From Anaeramoeba ignava BMAN (Eukaryota > Protista > Anaeramoebae), in NCBI GenBank assembly GCA_028826165.1, contig JAPDFW010000047.1:1-50226 (forward strand): a DNA stretch of 50,226 bases, in the 5' to 3' direction. The notes below the pieces were generated by a model. It was not told where the DNA came from. It was given only the letters and a program-made list of their open reading frames with translations, and made no database searches. Numbering within the stretch: position 1 is the first letter of the stretch; each line of letters starts with the position of its first letter. Both the position numbers and the translations under genes were made by a program. This document shows, piece after piece, positions 1-11,400 of this stretch.

Positions 1-2414
1 TATGGATTGAGTTGATAAAACAAGAGATTTCTTCATAAAGATATTGTTACGCATAATTCAGATCCAGCATTTCAGTTAAATACTTGGAATTGTTCAAGTA
101 TGGGATTAGATACTTGCAATAAAGAAAACATTTTCCTGCAATTAATTGGTTGATTTCTTATAGTAAATATATGAAAGCTTTAGATAATATGGATAAAATG
201 ATTCCTGAATTTACAAATTTGAGAACGAAAAGCAGAAATTTTATCATCGTAGAAGAAGAACGAAATTGTTCAATTAGTTGGAAAAGTACAATTATAATTC
301 ATTTATTTAACAATTTATTTAACAATTTATTTCAATATTTATTTAAATATTTATTTATTTATTTATAAATTTATTTCAATATTTATTTATTTATTTACAA
401 ACTTATTTATTTATTTATTTACTTATTTATTTATTTATAAATTTATTTGAATATTTATTTAAATATTTGTTTAAATATTTCTATTTATTTATTTGTCAAT
501 TTATTTATTTATTTTAACAATTTATTTACAATTTATTTAAATATTTATTTCAAATAATCCTAGATTAAAATTTATTATGAATAATAATTTTATTTATTTT
601 ATTTATTTATTTATCTGATTTATTTTAAAATTTATTTATTTATTTAAATTTTATTTTATTTATTTTAATAATTTATTATAAAATTAATTTAATAATTTAT
701 TTCACATTATTTTATTTATTTAAATATTTATTTGGGCACAATTTATTTTAAATAAATTTATTTAACAATTCCTATTTCATTTTATTTAAATAATGAATTT
801 ATTTATTTATTTCACAATTTATTTATAACTTATTCTTTCACATTTATTTAATAATTTCATAACAATTATTTAAAATTTATTTAAAGTTTAAATTTGATTA
901 AATATTTATTTCATAAATTTATTTACTAATAATTTATTTGGAATAATTTGTATATATAAATTCTATTTAAAATATTTATTTTAAAGACATTTAATAATTT
1001 ATTTCTAAAAATTTATTTAAAATATTTATTTGGAAAAATTTATTTTAAAAATTTATTTAAAAATTTATTTAAAATTTATCAGATTTAATAATTTGATTTA
1101 AAAATTTATTTATGCTTATAAAATTCATATTTAAATATTTATTTCAAAGAGGCCATTTGCAATCATTATTTAAAAATTTAGATAAATTTATTTTAAAATT
1201 TATTTAAAAATTTATTTTAATAATTTATAAAAAATTTATTTTATTCTATTTAAAATTTTATTAAAAATTCTATTTTAAAAATTTATTTAAAAATTTATTT
1301 TAAATATTATTTAACAAATTTATTTAACAATTTATTAACAATTTATTTTCGAAAAATTTATTTTAAATAATTATTTCAAAATTTATTTTAAAGTTCTATT
1401 TGGGAATATTTATTTAACAATTTATTTCAAAATTTATTTTCAATATTTATTTAAAAATTAATTTAAATATTTATTAATTTAAATATTTATTTAAATATTT
1501 ATTTTCAAAATTTATTTTTAACAATTTATTTATAAATTTTATTTTAAAAATTTATTTAAATATTTTATTTAATAATTTATTTAAAAATTTATTTAACAAT
1601 TTATTTAAAAATTTATTTAACAATTTATTTCAATATTTATTTAAAAATTTATTTAACAATTTATTTCAATATTTATTTAAAAATTTATTTCACAATTTAT
1701 TTAAAAATTTATTTCAAAATTTATTTATAAATTTATTTAAATATTTATAATAATTTATTTAAAATTGGTCTATTTATAAATTTATTAACAATTTATTTAA
1801 TAATTTATTTTAAAAATTTATTTAAATATTTATTTAATAATTTATTTAATAATTTATTTCAAAAATTTATGGAAAATATTTATTCGGCCAATTTTATTTA
1901 ACAATTTATTTAAAAATTTATTTAACAATTTATTTAACAATTTATTTATAAATTATTTAACAATTTATTTAAATATTTATTTAACAATTTATTTAAATAT
2001 TTATTTTAAAAATTTATTTAAAAATTTATTTTAAAAATTTATTTAATAATTTATTTTAGGATTCTTTTGGATGAAAGTGAAAAGTTATTTTTAGAAACAG
2101 CTAAAATTTTAAAAGATGATTTTCTTCAACAAAATTCATATACAGAATATGATAGATATTGTCCATTTGGAAAACAATTTGGATGTTAAGAAAACATTAT
2201 AACTTGGCATAATTTAGCAATGAAAGCAGTAAAAAGATCAACAAGAGAAAAAAGAATTACACTTGCAAAAATTCAAGCAGCAATGGGTCCAGTTATTGAA
2301 AGAATTAGTTCTCAAAAATTCGAATTACCAAATGAAGGAAGAAAAGTTATTGAAGAAAAATATCAAAGATTAAATGAAGATATTAATATTTCTTTCCGTG
2401 AATTGGATGATTAA
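1..2414 (+). CDS. ATP6V1A: V-type H+-ATPase catalytic subunit A, C-terminal part (5' truncated); exons <1-285 and 2060-2414
   Basis: Hand translation gives [21 protein letters not shown] ... EIVQLVGK | [35 protein letters not shown], matching the conserved V-ATPase A C-terminus. Intron GT at 286, AG at 2058-2059. Several single-base indels are present (likely assembly errors). Confidence 0.9.
286..2059 (+). repeat. Intron filled with a degenerate ~12-nt tandem repeat (AATTTATTTAAC / AATTTATTTAAA)
   Basis: Periodic sequence directly visible between the V-ATPase A donor and acceptor. Confidence 0.85.
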
Positions 2415-2603
2415 TTTTCAAAATCAATTTTCTTAACAATTTTCTTAAAAATTTTCTTAATAATTTCCTTTTTCTTTCAAAATAAAAATTCATTTCGATT
2501 TTAATTTTTTCATTTTTTATTTTTTCATTTTTTATTTTTTCATTTTTTCATTTTTTCATTTTTTATTTTTTTCATTTTTTTCTTTTCAAAAAAAAAAATT
2601 TAA

Positions 2604-4067
2604 ATGGAAAATCATATAATTCTTTCAACAGAAAAACTTTTAAATACACCTTCAAATAAAGATGGAGTTTCTGATGAAGATGAAAGAAAAATAAGAGTTT
2701 ATGGAGCAATTTTAATAAGAAAAATAGGATTAATTTTAAAATTGTAAATTGAAAGAAAATTTTATTTATTTCAAAAAAAGGAAAAGATTTTTAAAAAAAA
2801 ATTTGGAATTAAAAATCAAACAAAAAAAAGACCACATTATACAATAGCAACTGCACAAACAATTTTTCAACGATTTTATTATACAAAATCAATTAAAAGA
2901 ATTGAAGTGAAAGTAATTTCTATGGCAAGTGTTTTTTTAGCTTCAAAAATAGATGAAACACCAAGAAGAATTGTTCATATTATTAATAGTTTTATTCATG
3001 TTCAACAACTTGAAGAAAATCAACAAATTCATCCTATTGATCCTTATTCTCAAGAATATACTGATATTAGCAGTGAAATTGTTAAAGGAGAATCTTATAT
3101 GCTTCATCAATTTGGTTTTGTTATTCAAGTTGAACATCCTTTTAAATTTTTATTAAATTATTGTAATAGTTTAGAATGTAGTCAAGAATTAACTCAAACT
3201 GCTTGGAATATTTTGAATGATAGGTTATTCATCCTCATTTAAATTTAATTTTAATTTTAATTTTAATTTTAATTTTAATTTTAATTTTAATTTTAATTTT
3301 AATTTTAATTTTGATTTTGATTTTAATTTGATTTAATTTTAATTTAATTTTAATTTTAATTTTGATTTTAATTTAATTTTTATTTTAATTTGATTTAATT
3401 TTAATTTTAATTTTAATTTAATTTTAATTTTGATTTAATTTTAATTTTGATTTTAATTTTAATTTTAATTTAATTTTAATTTAATTTAATTTTAATTTTG
3501 ATTTAAATTTGATTTTAATTTAATTTTAATTTAATTTTTGATTTTAATTTAATTTAAATTTGATTTTAATTTAATTTTGATTTGATTTAATTTTAATTTA
3601 ATTTTAATTTTTATCCGATTTTGATTTTAATTTGATTTAATTTTTATTTAATTTTGATTTAATTTTAATTTTAATTTTGATTTTGATTTTAATTTTGATT
3701 TTAATTTTAATTTTATTTTGATTTAATTTTAATTTAATTTAATTTTTATCCGATTTTGATTTAAATTTGATTTAAATTTAATTTTTATCTGATTTTGATT
3801 TTAATTTTAATTTTAATTTAATTTAAATTTTAAAATTATAGTTATTTAACAACTATTTGTGTTCAATTTCCACCAGAAGTTATTGCATCATCATGTATAT
3901 ATTTTGCATCACGTTTAATTGATGAAGAAATTGTTAGAAATGTTGAATGGTATAAATTATTTGGAACAACAATGGATGAAATTTTAGATGTTTCTTTAGA
4001 ACTTATGCTTTTATATCTTCAAAATATTGAAAGTCCAAAATATATTCAATTTTCTGATGAAAAATAA
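2604..4067 (+). CDS. CCNL: Cyclin L-like transcriptional cyclin; exons 2604-2743, 2831-3223, 3842-4067
   Basis: Spliced product MENHIILSTEKLLNTPSNKDGVSDEDERKIRVYGAILIRKIGLILKL-PHYTIATAQTIFQRFYY...VFLASKIDETPRR...VEHPFKFL...AWNILNDS-YLTTICVQFPPEVIASSCIYFA matches the cyclin L cyclin boxes. GT-AG junctions are phase-consistent. Confidence 0.88.
3224..3841 (+). repeat. Intron made of (TTTTAA/TTTTGA)n hexamer repeat
   Basis: Visible tandem hexamers inside cyclin L intron 2. Confidence 0.9.
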
Positions 4068-4135
4068 TTTTAATAATTTTAATAAATTTTTTCATTTTTC
4101 ATTTTTCATTTTTTTCTTTCATTTTTTTATTTGAA

Positions 4136-7100
4136 ATGGAAAGTGGTCAAAAAGGAGTTAAATTAATTAAAATTGATAATAGATTTTATCGTTTTCAACA
4201 AATTAGAGGAAAAGATTCAGAATTAAAATCAGAAGAAAAAGAAACTCAAAAAGAAAATCAATTAGAAAATCAATTTAAAATTGAAGAAGAAAAAGAAATA
4301 GAAAATCAAATAGAAAATCAATTTAAAAATCAATTAGAAAATCAATTTAAAATTGAAGAAGAAAATAATTTTGAAAATAATTTTGAAAATAAACAAAATA
4401 ATCAATTAACTACTGATAAAACTAAAGTTTGGAAAAGACCTCATGTTTGGATACGAAAAGAACAACAAAATTCATTTATTTCTTCAAATGAAACAAATTC
4501 ACAAAATAATCAAAATCAAAATCAAAACCAAAATATAAATCAAAATCAAAATCAAAATCAAAATCAAAATCAAAATCAAAATCAAAATCAAAATCAAAAT
4601 TCTCAAGAAAACAAATGGAAACATAAACAAAATAATGAAAAATCAAAAAAATTTTCTCATTCAATTAATCTTCAAATTCCAAGTGATTTTATTCCATTAA
4701 TTGCAGGAAAACAATTTAGAACTAAAAAAAGAATTGAATTTTCAAGCAAAACACAAGTAAAATTGATTAGAATAATTTAATAATTTTAATAATAATTTTA
4801 ATAATAATTTTAATAATTAATTTAATAATAATTTTAATAATAATTTTAATAATAATTTTAATAATAATTTTAATAATAATTTTAATAATTAATTTAATAA
4901 TAATTTTAATAATAAATTTAATAATTAATTTAATAATAATTTTAATAATAATTTTAATAATAAATTTAAAAATAATTTTAATAATAATTTTAAAAATAAT
5001 TTTAATAATAATTTTAATAATAAATTTTAATAATAATTTTAATAATCAATTTAATAATCAATTTAATAATCAATTTAATAATCAATTTAATAATAATTTT
5101 AATAATAATTTTTAATAATTTTTAATAATAATTTTAATAATAATTTTAATAATATTTTTAATAATAATTTTTAATAATAATTTAATAATAATTTTAATAA
5201 TCAATTTAATAATCAATTTAATAATAATTTTAATAACAAATTTAATAATAAATTTAATAATAATTTTAATAATAAATTTAATAATCAATTTAATAATAAT
5301 TTTAATAATAAATTTAATAATAAATTTAATAATAAATTTAATAATCAATTTAATAATAAATTTAATAATAATTTTAATAATAATTTTAATAATAAATTTA
5401 ATAATAAATTTAATAATAATTTTAATAATAAATTTATAAATAATTTAATAATAATTTTTAATAATAAATTTTTAATAATAATTTTAATAATTAATTTATA
5501 AATAAATTTAATAATTTAATTTAATTAATTTATAAATAAATTTAATAATAATTTTAATAATAAATTTAATAATCTTAATAATAAATTTAATAATAAATTT
5601 AATAATAATTTTAATAATAAATTTAATAATCAATTTAATAATAATTTTAATAATCAATTTAATAATAATTTTAATAATAAATTTAATAATCAATTTAATA
5701 ATAAATTTAATAATCAATTTAATAATCAATTTAATAATCAATTTTAATAATAATTTTAATAATAATTTTAATAATAATTTTAATAATATTTTAATAATCA
5801 ATTTAATAATAAATTTAATAATCAATTTAATAATCAATTTAATAATAAACTTAATAATAATTTTAATAATTAATTTAATAATAATTTTTAATAATAATTT
5901 TAATAATCAATTTAATTAATAATTTTAATAATAAATTTATAAATAATTTAATAATAATTTTATAAATAATTTTAATAATAATTTTAATAATAATTTTAAT
6001 AATAAATTTAATAATTAATTTAATAATTAATTTAATAATAATTTTAATAATCAATTTAATAATAAATTTTAATAATTTAATAATTTTAATAATAAATTTA
6101 ATAATAAATTTAATAATCAATTTTAATAATCAATTTAATCAATTTAATAATAATTTTAATAATAATTTTAATAATAATTTTTAATAATAATTTTAATAAT
6201 AATTTTAATAATAATTTTAATAATCAATTTTAATAATAATTTTAATAATAATTTTAATAATCAATTTAATAATAATTTTAATAATAAATATAATAATAAA
6301 TTTAATAATAAATTTAATAATAATTTTAATAATAATTAATTTAATAATAATTTTAATAATCAATTTAATTAATAATTTTAATAATCAATTTATAAATAAT
6401 TTTTGTTAAAATAGATTTTTATTCCTCCAAAATCATCTAAAAATCACGAAATAAAAATTATTGGAGAATCAGAAGCAAATATACAACAAGCAAAAATGGA
6501 AATTGATAAAATTATTGAAAATGCAAAATCACGATTACCTTATACACACTTTGTTTCTTTGCCATTAAACAACAATACAATAAAAGAAAATTTACAAAAT
6601 TTACAAAAAAACATAGAATCATTATATAAATCAAATCCAAATCAAAAATGTGGATTTCGAACAAATTTTTTACAAAAACCAGAAAAATTACATATAACTT
6701 TACTTTTAATTAAAATATTCAATGAAAAAGAACTTCAAAAAGCAAAAAAAATATTCAAAAATTTAGATCTTGAATTTCTTCAACTCAAAAATTCAAAGTT
6801 AATGATTCGAGGATTAGGAGCATTTTATGATTCAACACTTTCCAATTCAAGAGTAATTTATGGTAAAATTGAGAAGAATATGAATCAAGAATGTTATGAA
6901 AAAATTGAAACTCTTCATGATATTTTAGTTTCCAAATTTAAAGAAGAAGGTTTTTATGTTGATTTATCACCTTTTCAACTTCATACAACAATTATCAATA
7001 CTCGATATGGAGCTGAAAATGAGAATCATTTGTTTTTTGATTCAAATCCAATTTTTAATCAGGAAAATTTGGAAAATTTCTTAATTGGTGAACAAGTTTT

Positions 7101-7182
7101 AAATGAAATTCATCTTTCTTCTAGATTGTCTTTTGATCCAAAAACTGGTTATTATTCTTCAGAAGAAATACTTAAATTTTAA
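4136..7182 (+). CDS. ASCC1: ASCC1-like protein (N/Q-rich N-terminus, KH domain, 2H-phosphoesterase/AKAP7-like domain); exons 4136-4756, 6415-7182
   Basis: KH-like segment IPSDFIPLIAGKQFRTKKRIE..TQ|IFIPP..IKIIG; YTHFVSLPL; two HxT motifs (KLHITL, QLHTTI); C-terminal GYY. Phase-0 intron 4757-6414 joins the two ORFs in frame. Confidence 0.85.
4757..6414 (+). repeat. Intron made of 12-nt repeat AATAATAATTTT / AATAATCAATTT / AATAATAAATTT
   Basis: About 1.6 kb of almost G-free periodic sequence. Confidence 0.9.
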
Positions 7183-8410
7183 ATCAAATTCAAAATCATT
7201 TACAAATTTTAAATCAAATTCAAAATTATTTAGAAATTCAAATTCAAAATCATTTACAAATTCAATTCAAAATCATTTAGAAATTTTAAATCATTTAGAA
7301 ATTCAATTTCAATTTCAAAATCATTTAGAAATTCAATTCAAAATTAAATTCAATTTTAAATTCAAAATCAATTTCAATTTCAATTTCAATTTTAAATTCA
7401 AAACCAAATTCAAATTCAAAATCATTTAGAAATTCAATTTCAATTTCAAATTCAAATTCAAAATCAAATTCAATTTCAAAATCAATTTCAATTTCAAATT
7501 CAATTTCAATTTCAATTCAAAATCAAATTCAATTTCAAATTCAAATTCAAAATCAAAATCAATTTCAATTTCAATTTCAAATTCAATTTCAATTTCAATT
7601 TCAATTTCAATTTCAAAATCAATTTTAAATTCAAAATCATTTAGAAATTTTAAATCAAATTCAATTTCAAAATTAAATTCAATTTCAATTTCAATTTCAA
7701 ATTCAAATTCAATTTTAAATTAAATTCAAAATCAAAATCAAATTCAAAATCAAATTCAATTTCAATTTCAATTTCAATTTAAATTTCAAAATCAAAATCA
7801 AATTCAATTTCAATTCAAAATCATTTAGAAATTTTAAATCAAATTCAAATTCAAAATCAAATTCAATTTTAAATTCGATTTCAATTTCAATTTCAATTTC
7901 AATTTCAATTTCAAATCAAATTCAATTCCAAAATCAAATTCAAAATCAAATTCAAAATCAAAATCAAATTCAAAATCAAAATCAAAATCAAAATCAATTT
8001 TAAATTCAAATTCAAATTCAAAATCAAATTCAAAATCAAATTCAAATTCAATTTCAAAATTAAATTCAAATTCAAATTCAATTTCAAATTCAATTTCAAA
8101 TTCAAAATCAATTTCAATTTCAATTTTAAATCAAAATCAATTTCAATTTCAAAATCAATTTCAATTTCAATTTCAATTTCAAATTCAATTTCAAATTCAA
8201 ATTCAAAATCAAAATCAAAATCAATTTTAAATTTAAATTCAAATTCAAATTTAAATTCAAATTTAAATTCAAAATCATTTAGAAATTCAATTTCAATTTC
8301 AAAATCAAATTCAAAATCAATTTAAATTTTAAATTCAAAATTAAATTCAAAATCAAATTCAATTTCAATTTCAATTTCAAATTCAAATTCAATTTTAAAA
8401 ATCAAATTTA
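7183..8410. repeat. Intergenic hexamer repeat (AATTTC/AAATTC/AAAATC) with recurring AAAATCATTTAGAAATT motif
   Basis: Visible in the sequence; begins immediately after the ASCC1 stop codon. Confidence 0.85.
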
Positions 8411-8469
8411 ATAAAAAATTTTTTTTTCATTTTTTTCTTTCATTTTTTTTTCATTTTCATTTTTATTTT

Positions 8470-11400
8470 ATGGAAGATTTAATTAAAATATTTCAAAAAA
8501 GTAATAATATTAAAGAAATTAAAAAGGCTTTAAAAGATTATCCAGAAGAAAACTTAAATCAAGTAATAAATTTAAAAACAAATAGAAAATTTCAATTTAA
8601 AACACAAAAAACAATTTTAAAATATAATTTTAAAGGGAAAAACACCACTTCATTTATATTTGACACAAAAAAATAAAAAAATTGAGATTTTAGAAGCCAT
8701 TTTAAAAATGCCTAAATTAAATATTAATGCAAAAAATGTAAAAAAAAAATCATTTATAAATTTAATTTAAAAAATTTAATTTAAATTTAATTTAAATTTA
8801 ATTTATTAGGAATCTGTAATTATATTGTTTTAAAATTCTTTTTAAAATTGTTTTAAAATTGTTTTTTATATTGGCTTTTTTATATTTATTATTAAAGAAT
8901 GAAACACCTTTAGCTGTTCTTTTAAAAGAAACAGATTCTTCAAATTTCTTACAATTTGTTGAAAAATTATTGAAAGCTGGAGCTGATCCTAATTTAGTTT
9001 CTGTATAAATAATAATATTTTTTATAAATAATAATATTTTTTATAAATAATAATATTTTTATAAATAATAATATTTTTATAAATAATAATATTTTTTGTA
9101 AATAATAATATTTCTTTAGAATTCTCCTCTTTATAGATTATCCCAACATTCTTCACAAAGCAATGAACTACTGGAATTATTATTAAAATATAAAATAAAT
9201 CCAACTCCAACAAATGTAAAAAAAAACCAGAAAGAGAAAATCAAATAAAAGATTTAACTTTTTTTTTTTTCCAATCAAAAAAAAAATAGACTGTAAATAA
9301 TAAATTTACTTCTTTTTAATTAAATAGAAAATTTAAAATATTCTTTAATTTTTTTCCAAGTATGTAAAATAAAATATTTTCAAATCAAATTTTAGTAAAT
9401 AATTTTATTGAAAAAAAAAATAATTTTCCTATAGATGGAAACTGCATTACATTATGCATGTTATTTTAAAGCTGATTTAAGTACAATTCAATTATTAATT
9501 GATTACGGAGCTGATGTTAATGCAAAATCTGTAATCAATTTTGTTTCAGAACAAAAACAAAAATTATTAAAATAAAAATATCTTTTGTTTAATAATTTTT
9601 TTTTCTTTAGAAAGTAAAAAAACAAAGCATTATTTTTCTGTTTTTTTTTTTACAAAAAATGTTTAAATTATATTTTGGAAAATTTCTTTAAAAATTAGTC
9701 TGTGATTATTATTATTATTTTTATTTTTATTTTGATTTTGATTTAAATATATTGATTTAAATATTCAAAAGGGATATAGTCCTTTACATTATGAATGTTA
9801 CACAGGTCCAAGAAAAGAATCTATTTTATTGCTCATTTCAAAAGGAAGTAAAATTAATTTCCAACATGTAATTTTGATTAATTTTTAATTCAAAAAAAAA
9901 TTTTTTTTTTTTCTTTCTTATTTATCAAAATTCTAAATAATTTTTCATTTTAGAATGTATAATCCAAACAAAAAAATTTACATTAATGATTAAGAATTAT
10001 TAATTTTTATTATTTAATTTTGATTTAAAAGAATGTAAAATTAATAATATAAAATTAAAATAATTTGAAAAATTAAAAAGAAAATATATAAAAAATATAA
10101 AAAGGGAGAAACTGCTCTTCATTTTGCAATTAAAGCAAGTGCTCCTCATGAAGTTATTGAGACTTTGTTAGATCAGGGAGCAGATCCAAATATTGATGAT
10201 GTTATTTTTGCTTTTTCTTTTTTATTAAATTATTCTTCTAAAATAATAATTTAAATATTTAAATAATAAAACAATAGAATGTAAAAAAAAGACTTTTTTC
10301 TCTTTCTCTTTCCATTTTGTGATTAAATTTTAAATGAAAATTTAAAACAAAAATTTTAGACTGTAAACAAAAAATATTTATTTTTTTTTTCTTTTTTAAA
10401 TTTTAAATTTTAATATTTTGAATAATAGAAATCATCAGGATTCTCTTTAATTTGTTCTTCTACAAGATATGGTGTTGAAACATTTGAAAAAATGCTTCAA
10501 TGCTCAGCAGATATTAAAAGCGACAAATATGTATATTTTTTTTTTCAATTCTTTCAAAAAAACTTTTTTTATAAATTGCCTTATTATTATTATTTTAAAT
10601 AGAATGGAAAAACTCCTCCTTTAATTTCAATTTTAAATCACAATAATTTTCTTCATCTTGTCGATTTATTTGCAAAATATGGTGCAAATTTTGAAGTTTC
10701 TAATGTTTGATTTCATCATTTATTATTTTAAAATCAATTTAATAATTAATTTCATTTTATTTATTTTTTTAATAGAATGTTTGATTAATTTTAATTTTAA
10801 ATTTATTTTTAATTTTAATTTTAATTTTAATTTTATATTTTTTTAGGAAGTTTGATTTCATTTTTCATTTCTTTATAGTTAATTTTATAATTATGATTTA
10901 AAAATTAATTTTAGGGAGATACTCCTATTATTGCAGCTTGTAGACAAAAAATTACACAATCATCAATTCATAAACTATTAGAATTTAATGTGAACGTGAA
11001 TGCAAAAAATGTATTTATATTTATATTTGTATTTATATTTTGATATTTATATTTTTCATAAATGATTAGAATGTAATATTAATTATTTAATAAGTATTTA
11101 TTTATAATGATTTATTTACATAAAAAAAATCAATAGGAAGTATTTTTTTTGTTTAAAAAAATCATTATAAAAATAATAAAATATTTTTTGTTTCAATTAT
11201 TAAAATAAAATTATTAAGGGAAAAACTGCACTTCATTATGCTTCAAGTGAAAGTTTATCAACTCAAATTCTTGAAGATTTAATATTACATGGAGCTAATA
11301 TTGATGAATATGATGTAAATTTTTTTTCATGATTTTTCACAATAAAAACAAATAATATTCAATACAAATTAATTAATTTATTAACTTAAATCAAAAGAAT

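Noticed and set aside
1-2200. Frameshifts in V-ATPase A suggesting a pseudogene, and a possible VMA1-type intein
   Set aside because: The indels cluster at the window edge in an essential gene, which fits low-quality consensus. The known intein site lies upstream of the visible region, and no intein sequence is seen.
5112-6120. I/K/L/F-rich ORFs here and at 7911-8123, 16387-17201, 23488-24526 (+), 26378-26563 and 31852-32056
   Set aside because: They are stop-free frames of 6- or 12-nt tandem repeats lying in introns, in intergenic DNA or antisense to real genes.
9003-9119. A hidden microexon in the longest ANK intron (GT at ~9098)
   Set aside because: No AG precedes that GT. The extra length is explained by a short TTTTATAAATAATAATA repeat.
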